A stretch of 64,000 nucleotides of DNA, from the NCBI GenBank assembly GCA_041674225.1, contig JBAYWG010000001.1, positions 254,667 to 318,666 on the forward strand, written 5' to 3'. The translations under genes were made by a program, and so were the position numbers. Shown piece after piece: positions 10,257 to 18,852 of the stretch. Positions within the stretch are counted from its first letter, which is position 1; every line of letters starts with the position of its first letter. Origin of the DNA: Minisyncoccota bacterium (GTDB lineage: Bacteria > Patescibacteriota > Minisyncoccia > Phycocordibacterales > JAACPR01). The notes under the pieces are model-generated. The model made no database searches, had not been told where the DNA came from, and saw nothing but the letters and a program-made list of their open reading frames with translations.

Positions 10257-11392
10257 TTATCTTAATTTTATTGTTTCTATTATATTTAAAAATGATTTTT
10301 CCCAAAGTTTGATATTAAAATTTTCCAGAACACTCCCCCTTTGCTCAGTAGAAAATTTATCAACATTATCCAAAACATCTGCTATAGACTTAGCGATTGA
10401 ACCGGGGTCTGGGTTTGTTTTGTATGCAGGAAGATCTTTTAAGCCCGCCACATCTGTAACAATTGTTGCCGTACCACAAGACATTGACTCCAATGCGCTC
10501 AAAGAGGTTCCCTCTTTGTCTAGTGTTGGAATTAAGGTGATTAATGAGGTGTTGTAATAATTAATCATCTCGTCTCTGTTGGCTTGACCTTTAAATATTA
10601 CCTTCTCATTTAAATCATATTTTGCAACCAGATCTATACAGTAATTATAATATTTACCAACACCACTCCCAACGATTAACATCTTAAAATCGGGATTAGT
10701 TTTTATAAATATATTGAATGACTCAATCGCAAGATGAATACCTCTGTCATAACTTATATTTCTTGGAACTAAAATTACTTTTTCTTTTTGAAATGTTTCC
10801 TTGGTCATTTTGAAAACTTCTGTATCTACACAATTTGGTACAAACCAAACATTTTTTTAACTTCCGAAAACATATTTTTTCCTGGCTCAACAGAGTAACC
10901 AATTTCTCTTAGAAAATTTGTGTCATTAGCCACAATAAAAACATCTTTGTTTTTTAGGTGTTTACTTATGTACTTATGATATATATCAAAAAAAACATTT
11001 TTTTTAGTATTACTCCATAAAACACCATGAGAAATTATGATGACTTTCTTGTGCCATTTCAATGGCGGATAATGAAATGGATAGTGACAAATTAGTATAT
11101 CTTGGTCTTTTAAGATTTTCTTAGAAAGAAATAAACCAATATTAAACGCAAACCAACCCGCGTTATATATAAATGGGTGTAATAAAAAATATCTCGGAAT
11201 TTGTGTAACAAAAAATATTTTTGTTCCGGTATTATTTTTTTGTTTTACTTTTCTTTGTAAAACACTAGCATCAAAATTATTTTCAACTAATATTTTATTT
11301 AGATTATCAATATAAACTTGTTGTCCGCCACTTATTGGCAAATAATGCATTGTAACCTGGCAAATCTTTGTTTTAGTTTTGTTTTCTTGCAT
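10257..11392 (-). pseudogene. GT4 glycosyltransferase split into N-terminal (10826-11392) and C-terminal (10257-10808) ORFs by a frameshift in an A7 tract
   Basis: The N-terminal ORF ends ...FSEVKKMFGLYQIV*; in the other frame the sequence continues VWFVPNCVDTEVF (the GT4 PNGVD motif), followed by a typical GT4 C-terminal domain; one extra A in the run at 10852-10858 restores a single reading frame. Confidence 0.6.
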
Positions 11393-12197
11393 GAATTATT
11401 TTCGTAAAATTTTGAGAATCTTCATCCCAAATATTTATTTTATAACCAAGTTTCTCAAGAAAATTAGACACATGAAACATCATTGGTATCGTGTGTATTT
11501 CAATAATCAATTCTGGACCATTTTGCTGTAATGTATTTATCCCACCTTCTAGTACCTTTAGCTCAGCTCCCTCAACATCAATTTTTATAAAATCTGGTAC
11601 TGATAATTTCTTTTGAGATATTAAATTATCTATAGTGTTTGATTCTACTTTAATTTTCTTGAAATCTTCGTAAGAATTTTCTTGCAAAGGAGGAGTCACA
11701 TCTTTTATATAACCACCAGATGAAGTAGCATCATCAGCATTTCCTACATTAAATTCCACTTCACCAACCTTGTTTGTGATTGCTTCTTTATTTATAAAAA
11801 TTCTTTTTGAATATGCTTCGTTAATATTTATATTTGACTCTAACCACTTTTGATTACTTGGGTTTGGTTCAAATGCATATACCAATGTTTCTTCACCGAA
11901 GGCTGATGAAAAAAATAATGATAAGTAACCAATGTGAGCTCCAATATCCCAAACAACTTTGTTTTTATTTGCGGCTAATTTTGATATCAAATCTATTTCA
12001 TAAGAGCCATCCAACATGCTCATATATGTTTCTGGAATTTCATTAGGCATAAGCAATGAAATATCTTTTTCCAAAACTTTTACGTTGTGAACATTCCAGG
12101 AATCCTTCTTTTTATCAAAATGTAAAAAATATTTTTTAAGTTTTTTAAACCAAGATTTCGGTGGGGAATTCCATATTTTCTTTAAGATTTTTTTCAT
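11373..12197 (-). CDS. FkbM-family methyltransferase
   Basis: VVWDIGAHIGYLSLFF...VYAFEPNPSN...FIKIDVEGAELKVLEGG. Confidence 0.75.
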   Translation of the reverse strand: MKKILKKIWNSPPKSWFKKLKKYFLHFDKKKDSWNVHNVKVLEKDISLLMPNEIPETYMSMLDGSYEIDLISKLAANKNKVVWDIGAHIGYLSLFFSSAFGEETLVYAFEPNPSNQKWLESNININEAYSKRIFINKEAITNKVGEVEFNVGNADDATSSGGYIKDVTPPLQENSYEDFKKIKVESNTIDNLISQKKLSVPDFIKIDVEGAELKVLEGGINTLQQNGPELIIEIHTIPMMFHVSNFLEKLGYKINIWDEDSQNFTKIIHARKQN

Positions 12198-13333
12198 ATA
12201 AGTATTTTTGACAATATCTCTTTAAAATTTTTATTAAATGATTCTAAACTATAATCTCTTAAAATATTTTCTACTATTCCAATCGAACGTCTTTTGAGCT
12301 CAATATTATCTAATGTTTGCGACAAATCCAATGAGTCTAATACTCCATCAGCACTTATTTCTCTTATCAAGATAGATAATTCATCTTGTTTAATAGATGC
12401 CTCATTAGTTAAAATTGGTATTAATCCCCCGTTAGCACAAACATTCACAACTGAAGTTGGCATAGCTTCGGAACAAGACGGTAAAATTACAAATGCACAC
12501 TTCGTTAATATTTTTTTAAAATTATCAGACTCAATTTTTACAAAGTCATATAAATGTATATTTTCACTTTTTAAATTTTCAGAAAATATTTTTACAAATC
12601 TTTTTTCATTCTGAAGTGGAGCACATACATGGAGATGGAGATCTTGTCTCTTTGAAAAAGCGTCCAATAAAACATCTAAACCCTTATGAATCATTCCTCC
12701 ACCACTAAAGAAAAGAAAATGTTTTTTTCCTTCAGAAAAATCTTTATCATTAATAATTTCCATTGGATTAAGTAATTCTATGAATGAAACGTTTAAATTA
12801 TAACAATCCGTATTTGTATATTTTTTATATGTATCAACCAGGTAATGGTCTCCTAGTAACACTAACGCATCGGAACCTATCGTCTGTATTGCATAATCTT
12901 TTTCTATAAATCTTAATGATTCTTTTAAAAGAACACCGCTTTTTTCGTAAACTTCAATACCCCGTTTTATTGTTGCCACATTGCTAAAATAAGGATGTCT
13001 TCCTGTACCATAGTAAATCCTTAATATTTTTTTAGAAGTAGAAAAACTTTTATCAAAAATATCCCCAAATCCAAATACAACATCATAATCTTCGTAAGCA
13101 ATTTTTTTAGTGCTGTTATAATCCACAACATCACAAATGAAACCTAGTTCATCAAATACTTTAGCAATTACCAAACTTTCTTGTATGTTGGTATGAGTTT
13201 TTAAGTTAGGTCTTTTAAAAGGAAAGGTAATGTAGGATATTAATACTTTCTTTTTGTGATTTCTGTTGAAAACATTACGGAGAATTAATTGCCTATTATA
13301 TATCGAGTATATTTTTCGTAGAATTTTTAACAT
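12194..13333 (-). CDS. glycosyltransferase, GT4-like (GT-B fold)
   Basis: C-terminal FLFFSGGGMIHKGLDVLLDAF...FVILPSCSEAMPTSVVNVCANGGLIP. Confidence 0.6.
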   Translation of the reverse strand: MLKILRKIYSIYNRQLILRNVFNRNHKKKVLISYITFPFKRPNLKTHTNIQESLVIAKVFDELGFICDVVDYNSTKKIAYEDYDVVFGFGDIFDKSFSTSKKILRIYYGTGRHPYFSNVATIKRGIEVYEKSGVLLKESLRFIEKDYAIQTIGSDALVLLGDHYLVDTYKKYTNTDCYNLNVSFIELLNPMEIINDKDFSEGKKHFLFFSGGGMIHKGLDVLLDAFSKRQDLHLHVCAPLQNEKRFVKIFSENLKSENIHLYDFVKIESDNFKKILTKCAFVILPSCSEAMPTSVVNVCANGGLIPILTNEASIKQDELSILIREISADGVLDSLDLSQTLDNIELKRRSIGIVENILRDYSLESFNKNFKEILSKILI

Positions 13334-13335
13334 AT

Positions 13336-14262
13336 CTAATTATTATTTAGTTTCCTCTTTAATAATCTTATTCGATATAATAAATTAGAATATAATCTTT
13401 CCAACATATTTGCCTTATAAAAATTATTGAATTGCACTCTATCAAGATAATGGTTTGCTTCTATTTTTTCAAGTAACATATCACTTAACTCTATTTCTTG
13501 GGTTTTTCGAAATAAATTCTGATCCTCAATTGTTTTTGTTGTTGTGTGTGTTCCTTGAACTCCAATATTCGTAACCAAATTATGTTTTGGTGTTATGCTT
13601 AATCCTTTATTTAATACACATGTATAATTCCATTGTATATCCCATGTATTTACTAGGTTGTGATAGGCGTGGTTAAATGAATCTTTGTAGTATTGGTATA
13701 TTTTTCTATCTTTATAAACATCTTCAAATGAACCTTCTTTAATAAGAATAGGCCACTCTTTCATTTCAATGTCATACAAATCCCAAGCTCTTTTCCATGT
13801 CGCCCATCCCCATATCTGAAAATGATTAGAGAAAAAATAATCATCATGAATTTCCAAATTTTTTAAGTGGTGTGTACCAGAAATCATCATAACTTGATTG
13901 TCATTTTTATATCTCAAAAGTAGTTTGGAACAGAAACTAAAAAAAGATTTATTCGGTAGACAGTCGTCTTCTAAAATAATTCCCATTTCTACATTATCGA
14001 AAAACCAAGTTATGGCTGAACTTATCGCCAATTTACAGCCTAAATTTTCTTCTCTAAATAATGTTTTCACTTCGCAGTCCCAATCAATATTTTTTACAAT
14101 TGATCTAACTTCCCCACATCTCAAACGATCATTATCGTTATTAATCCTCGGACCATCTGCGGCGATAAACAAATATTTAGGTTTTGCATTACGTATCTCA
14201 TCAAAAACCCTCTGAGTTGTATCAGGTCGATTAAAAACTAAAAATAAAATTGGTGTTTCCAT
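13336..14262 (-). CDS. GT-A fold glycosyltransferase (HlpA/GnT-I-like)
   Basis: METPILFLVFNRPDTTQRVFDEIRNAKPKYLFIAADGPR... resembles GT13-like bacterial transferases found in O-antigen-type clusters. Confidence 0.5.
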   Translation of the reverse strand: METPILFLVFNRPDTTQRVFDEIRNAKPKYLFIAADGPRINNDNDRLRCGEVRSIVKNIDWDCEVKTLFREENLGCKLAISSAITWFFDNVEMGIILEDDCLPNKSFFSFCSKLLLRYKNDNQVMMISGTHHLKNLEIHDDYFFSNHFQIWGWATWKRAWDLYDIEMKEWPILIKEGSFEDVYKDRKIYQYYKDSFNHAYHNLVNTWDIQWNYTCVLNKGLSITPKHNLVTNIGVQGTHTTTKTIEDQNLFRKTQEIELSDMLLEKIEANHYLDRVQFNNFYKANMLERLYSNLLYRIRLLKRKLNNN

Positions 14263-15584
14263 TATCTTTTGTAATTTAAATTAAAAATTGATTTTGTAAT
14301 CAGTAAAAAATGAGCTCGACTATCTTTAAACAAAACAATTGAAAAATTAACAACTAGATATGAAATTATGGTTGCATACGCCGCTCCTGCAATACCCATT
14401 TTTGGGATCAAGATAATATTTAAAACAATATTCAACAAGGCACCAATAATAGTTGTGTATAATGTTATTTTGGTTAAATTCTTTGCAATCAAATACTTTC
14501 CAATTACTATACCCAATGAAACTGCTACCAAAGACCAAATATAAACTTGTAGGACAGGAGTGGCTCCGATGTATTGTTCTCCAAAAAGTAATGTGATTAT
14601 TTTCTGAGCAAAAATTGAAACGACCGCTGAAAAAATTAAGGAAGACCAGAACATTACAAAATACAATTTGCTGAGCCTGCTTTCAAATTTTTCATTACTC
14701 ACACTTAATGAATTTATTATCGCTGGAAATATGGAAGCCCCTATGATGGTTGGTATGAGATACCAAATTTCTGAAAGTTTAACACTAATTGCATATATAC
14801 CCGTAGCTTCATTATTCAAAAAATGATTAATCATAATTTGATCAATTTTCATATAAACACCCACAGACAAGCCAGATAGAATCATGGGCCAAGAATCTCT
14901 TAACAAACTTAATGCAATTTTCTTATCAAATTTCCAATTCTTGAAGTGGTGACCACTTTTCAAAAACGCAACAATCAAAAATAGTGCAACTAAAGCTATT
15001 TCAACAACGTATATAAACAATAACCAGAAAATACCTTTATTTAATAATATAACTCCAAGTTTTAACACAGCTGAAATGATTCCAGACAATATTTGAGCTT
15101 TAACGATTTTTTTTGATAATACTTGTGATTGAAAATAAGTTTCTATAACATTAAAAGCCTGAGGCACGTAATGAAGTGAAAATAACCAAATAAGAATTAG
15201 AGTAAACATTTCGTCTGTAATGGCAAAAGATGCTAGAAAAATAAAAAATATAGCCAGTACGGATCCAGATATCTTTATAAAAAAAGCAGTTCCAATAATC
15301 TTATCTTTTATATTGTGATTTTTAACTATCTCTCTATTTACAATTTCATCAATACCTAAGGATGATAGGACACCAAAAATTCCTACAAAACTTATAGCAA
15401 AACTCATCAAACCATAATTCGATGGACCTAAATATCGAGCAACATATATCCCAACAAAAAACGAAATCGCTAAACTAAATATCCTACCTGCAAAAAGCCA
15501 ACCGGTGTTTTTGAAGTATTTTTGAAAGCCCTGATGCCTCCAAATTTCTGTTGTTTTACCCTTTATAGCCAGTAAGTTTTTCAT
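14262..15584 (-). CDS. wzx: Wzx-type oligosaccharide flippase (polysaccharide biosynthesis protein family)
   Basis: 440 aa with about 12 predicted TM helices and a Wzx-like N-terminus (ISFFVGIYVARYLGPSNYGLMSFAISFVG). Confidence 0.7.
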   Translation of the reverse strand: MKNLLAIKGKTTEIWRHQGFQKYFKNTGWLFAGRIFSLAISFFVGIYVARYLGPSNYGLMSFAISFVGIFGVLSSLGIDEIVNREIVKNHNIKDKIIGTAFFIKISGSVLAIFFIFLASFAITDEMFTLILIWLFSLHYVPQAFNVIETYFQSQVLSKKIVKAQILSGIISAVLKLGVILLNKGIFWLLFIYVVEIALVALFLIVAFLKSGHHFKNWKFDKKIALSLLRDSWPMILSGLSVGVYMKIDQIMINHFLNNEATGIYAISVKLSEIWYLIPTIIGASIFPAIINSLSVSNEKFESRLSKLYFVMFWSSLIFSAVVSIFAQKIITLLFGEQYIGATPVLQVYIWSLVAVSLGIVIGKYLIAKNLTKITLYTTIIGALLNIVLNIILIPKMGIAGAAYATIISYLVVNFSIVLFKDSRAHFLLITKSIFNLNYKR

Positions 15585-15667
15585 TTAATTAATTCCAAAT
15601 ATACCTTACTTTCAGGCTCTAAGCTAGAAAATCAACAAATACCTACACCGCATCTCATTTAATAGTA

Positions 15668-15697
15668 GTTGACATAATCATGTTTATGTGATAGTAT
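15668..15697 (+). promoter_or_regulatory. consensus sigma70 promoter TTGACA-17-TAGTAT
   Basis: ttgacataatcatgtttatgtgatagtat, about 14 nt upstream of the ATG at 15711. Confidence 0.5.
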
Positions 15698-15710
15698 CTT
15701 ATTTGAGTAT

Positions 15711-15992
15711 ATGAACCGTATCACCCACATCCTGACAGCTTTCCTGGCCATTTTCGGCCTTGGAAAGATCACTGAAAAGAACAACGAGCTTTCTACCGTC
15801 GAGCATGAAGTTCCGACAGAAGAAGTTCAGACACCCGGAGTCAACCGCGTCATCGCTGCTGGCGAAAAGAAAGTGCTCTACCGGTCTGGAAGGACCGGTA
15901 AACGCATCGTCGCCAAGATCGTCGACAGGAAAGGCACGGATTTCCGTGTCAGACAACTCGGTGGAAGGATCGAATTCACAGTCGTCGGCTAA
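15711..15992 (+). CDS. small hypothetical protein (93 aa) with strongly GC3-biased, foreign-looking codon usage
   Basis: ORF MNRITHILTAFLAIFGLGKITEK...; local GC about 50 percent versus about 33 percent in flanks; third codon positions mostly G/C; own promoter and terminator; no obvious SD. Confidence 0.45.
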   Translation: MNRITHILTAFLAIFGLGKITEKNNELSTVEHEVPTEEVQTPGVNRVIAAGEKKVLYRSGRTGKRIVAKIVDRKGTDFRVRQLGGRIEFTVVG

Positions 15993-16028
15993 GCCAACGC
16001 CTGATTCCGAACCGAACACCGAACAACG

Positions 16029-16061
16029 CGGCGCCCTTACCCAAGGGCGCCGTTTTTCTTT
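16029..16061 (+). terminator. rho-independent terminator (ggcgccc-ttacccaa-gggcgcc plus T-run)
   Basis: 7-bp GC stem and T5CT4, located 37 nt after the stop of the 15711-15992 ORF. Confidence 0.65.
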
Positions 16062-16070
16062 TATAAAACA

Positions 16071-16098
16071 AAAAGGCCTGAAATCTCAGGCCTTTTTG
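16071..16098. terminator. bidirectional terminator hairpin (aggcctgaaatctcaggcct)
   Basis: 8-bp stem with A5 upstream and T5 downstream; serves the minus-strand gene ending at 16120. Confidence 0.55.
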
Positions 16099-16119
16099 TT
16101 TGTATTTTATAAAAAAGAA

Positions 16120-16809
16120 TTAATCTTTTTTAATTTCATTCTTTATCTTCGCAATATAATCCCTAGCAGCATCTTGACCTCCTAGACCAAAAGCCAAACC
16201 TAAAGCGATAGCCAAAGCTACGATTAGACCAGTGAAAATTGTTTGGATAAATGTTGTTGCGATTTGCAACTCAATAAGAGCAGCCAAAATTGCTGAGATC
16301 CAAATTGCCCACTTAGCAACTGCACCAGCAAAATTTGCTGAAGCAACTCCAGCACCTTTTGCGCTTGCAACGATAACCTTTCTCAATGCTTCAGCAATAA
16401 CTGCAGCAATAATTAGAATTAATACAGCAGCAATAACTTTTGGAAGATACCCAATAGCAATATTAGCTAGAAAAGCTGTGATGTGATTCAATCCGATGAT
16501 ATCGAATGAAACAATCAAAACCACTACCACCAAATACCATCGTGCAATTTCTCCCAAGAATTTTCCTGAGTTTAATTTAACTCCCATTTTGTGCACCAAA
16601 TCATCTACGCCCGCTGTTTTTAGAAGTGTGTCCAATTTAATAGCTTTTACAATTTGTTCTACAACTCTAGAAACCAAACCTCCAATTAACCACCCTACAA
16701 CAAAAACAATTACTGCAACTAAAACAGAAGCAGCAACTGCTGTTAGACTACTTCCAACACCTTGTGCCGACATTGAAAGTGTACCTACAAGATCATTAAA
16801 ACTATTCAT
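16120..16809 (-). CDS. integral membrane protein with repeated conserved TM-helix segments
   Basis: Multiple TM helices and GVASANFAGAVAKW-type repeats; the start is uncertain (GTG at 16860 or ATG at 16809). Confidence 0.5.
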   Translation of the reverse strand: MNSFNDLVGTLSMSAQGVGSSLTAVAASVLVAVIVFVVGWLIGGLVSRVVEQIVKAIKLDTLLKTAGVDDLVHKMGVKLNSGKFLGEIARWYLVVVVLIVSFDIIGLNHITAFLANIAIGYLPKVIAAVLILIIAAVIAEALRKVIVASAKGAGVASANFAGAVAKWAIWISAILAALIELQIATTFIQTIFTGLIVALAIALGLAFGLGGQDAARDYIAKIKNEIKKD

Positions 16810-16871
16810 GTGATATTTAAAAATACTGATAATGGGTTCAAGATTTATTTTTAACCCCACTATTTATTGTA

Positions 16872-17444
16872 TCACCTAGCATATTCAATCCCCACTTTAT
16901 CCACAACAACTTTATGAGGAAATTCGAACACATCACGCACCAATCTATCGCATACACCTTGTCTATATTTAAAATCTGCAGTATCAAGTAAAGCAAATCT
17001 TAATTCTCGGCCAATTTCAGATTCCATATTACCAATAACAGTTTTCAGTCGGTTTGGACTCACATCATCCCCTACTACTAGAATATCTAAGCGACTTTCC
17101 GGGTTTTGGATAAACACACCAGATACAATTACAGCTTTAATTTTCCCGATTCCAGATAATCTCTTTGAGATTTCTTTATTTTGCATTGGAGCTGAGTGCA
17201 TCAAAAGAGTTTGAATTGGGTCTAGAAATGGAAAAGTTTTGTTTAAAAAGTATCCTTGGTTTTTTTTCTTTTTTAAAAGACCAGCTCTTGTAAGGAGATT
17301 TAATTCTTGCAAAGCGGCTTTTGAAGAAATTTTTGCTCTTTTTGAAACCTCCTTTCTTTCAAAAAAAGCTTCATCGTTGAATAGGAAAAGTTTCATCACT
17401 TTCACTCGTGCCAGACTTCCAAATAATTTTCCTAATGCTTCCAT
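16872..17444 (-). CDS. hypothetical protein: N-terminal winged-helix, C-terminal minimal nucleotidyltransferase-like domain
   Basis: N-terminal LGKLFGSLARVKVMKLF...AALQELNLLTRAGLL (wHTH-like); C-terminal VSGVFIQNPESRLDILVVGDD resembles the G[SG]x9-13Dh[DE] NTase motif. Confidence 0.4.
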   Translation of the reverse strand: MEALGKLFGSLARVKVMKLFLFNDEAFFERKEVSKRAKISSKAALQELNLLTRAGLLKKKKNQGYFLNKTFPFLDPIQTLLMHSAPMQNKEISKRLSGIGKIKAVIVSGVFIQNPESRLDILVVGDDVSPNRLKTVIGNMESEIGRELRFALLDTADFKYRQGVCDRLVRDVFEFPHKVVVDKVGIEYAR

Positions 17445-17537
17445 ATCAATTTTAATTATAAACAAAAACCATTAAAACAAAACTCAAAATAATAATAAAA
17501 ACAAAACCTAATATAAATCCGCTGCCTTTCATATATT

Positions 17538-18704
17538 TTACTCTAGTATTATAGCAGAAGTTTTCGTTGCTAAATCCCCAGTTGGAAAAAATAGATTCAA
17601 AGATTGATTTGCTCGGAAAAAATCCTCGGAATTATCACTGAACAGTGTCTCATCAAAAGTGATCTTTGCTTTAGGACTCAAAATAGTGTCTTGTGGAAAA
17701 GTAAAATCCGCCTTTTTATCTTCAGATTTTATTCGCCATAAACCTATGTTTATTTCATTTGAATCTTGATTTTCTATTTCAATTCCGTTTTCCTTTATAT
17801 TTAAAGCTAATTTGGGTTTTGCTACATAAACAATAGTCCTAGAGACTGCTTGCCTTATACCCGACACAGCATTTAAAACAACGTTATAAACACCTTCATT
17901 TTTGTAAAAATGCTCAATTTTCTTGCCTCTTTTTTCGTTTCCATCACCAAAATTCCAAAGATATTTGGCTCTGTGTAAACCTTTGTTTTCTCCTGTTTTG
18001 ACCTCAAAAATTATTGGTGATTTTATACTCGACAATCTTTCTCTGCCAATCGAAATCTCCAATTCTGTGACTTCTTTTGCTTTGACAGCAGAAGCGACTG
18101 AGGAATGTGAAGATATGTTTGTGATTGTAGTATTTTCGGTGGTGGTTGCGTTTGATTCTATTTGTTCTGGTGTTGATGCTTCTGTGGCATTTGGCAATCC
18201 TGGGGTTGGTTTTGCGCTAATTAGAAACTCTTCTTTAAACTGCAAAGAATTTCCATCTCCTTTTGCACCCAAAGTGTCCGAATAGCTAATTTCGTGTATT
18301 TTTTGGCCACTAGAATTTATCAAAACTAAAACTTCGCCAGTATTTGTAAGGCTAAAAACACTATCAAAAAGCGTACCGCTAAAATCTGGATTATCAATTA
18401 AAAACTTTTCATCGTTATCGGCAATAATTGCATAACCACCAGCCGGAATAACGGCATTTCCAAAGATTAATTTCACAGCATGATTGACCGAGCTTTCTAA
18501 TAATTTCCAGTTGGAGAAATCTATATCACTAGAAGTATTGTTGTACACCTCCACCCACTCCCTACCAGAATCAGTCCCAGAAACATCGTACATAATCTCG
18601 TTTATTTTCATTGCAAAAAGTGGGCTCGGAGAAATCAGGACCACCAGTATTAATAAAATATTTACTACTTTCGTTTTTATTTTTTGAATTTTTATAGGTT
18701 TCAT
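17538..18704 (-). CDS. lamin-tail-domain (LTD) containing secreted/membrane protein
   Basis: After the signal/TM (VVNILLILVVLISPSPLFA): INEIMYDVSGTDSGREWVEVYNNTSSDIDFSNWKL...GGYAII, typical LTD; the ORF-track N-terminus overlaps the terminator hairpin, so start at the internal Met. Confidence 0.6.
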   Translation of the reverse strand: MKPIKIQKIKTKVVNILLILVVLISPSPLFAMKINEIMYDVSGTDSGREWVEVYNNTSSDIDFSNWKLLESSVNHAVKLIFGNAVIPAGGYAIIADNDEKFLIDNPDFSGTLFDSVFSLTNTGEVLVLINSSGQKIHEISYSDTLGAKGDGNSLQFKEEFLISAKPTPGLPNATEASTPEQIESNATTTENTTITNISSHSSVASAVKAKEVTELEISIGRERLSSIKSPIIFEVKTGENKGLHRAKYLWNFGDGNEKRGKKIEHFYKNEGVYNVVLNAVSGIRQAVSRTIVYVAKPKLALNIKENGIEIENQDSNEINIGLWRIKSEDKKADFTFPQDTILSPKAKITFDETLFSDNSEDFFRANQSLNLFFPTGDLATKTSAIILE

Positions 18705-18773
18705 TGCGCAAAGAATATCAGAATGAACCTTAAATATATTTAAAGAAGTATTAAAAGTTAAAAAAGAAAAACA

Positions 18774-18802
18774 AAAAGCCGCCCTTGCGGGCGGCTTTTT
18801 GC
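18774..18802 (-). terminator. rho-independent terminator (gccgccc-ttgc-gggcggc) after the 18853-20838 gene
   Basis: GC stem with flanking A/T runs. Confidence 0.6.
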
Positions 18803-18852
18803 CTATCAATACTAGATTAGTTATGTGAAATTTAATTCACTATAAGTAATTA

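Noticed and set aside
9172-10305. Long N-terminal extension of the WecB ORF (MGKIIFKYNRNNKIKIIN...)
   Set aside because: The homologous start MKICIIFGTRPE at 10251 abuts the upstream gene; the extension overlaps the GT4 C-terminal ORF.
15699-16185. Overlapping ORFs 15699-16019(-) and 15760-16185(+) in the GC-rich island
   Set aside because: Artefacts of locally high GC (few stop codons); the second runs through two terminator hairpins. Only the promoter/terminator-framed 15711-15992(+) ORF is retained, itself at modest confidence.
17538-18809. ORF-track N-terminus of the LTD protein (MIGKKPPARAAFCFSF...)
   Set aside because: It translates through the terminator hairpin gccgccc...gggcggc; the start was moved to the internal Met preceding the signal/TM segment.
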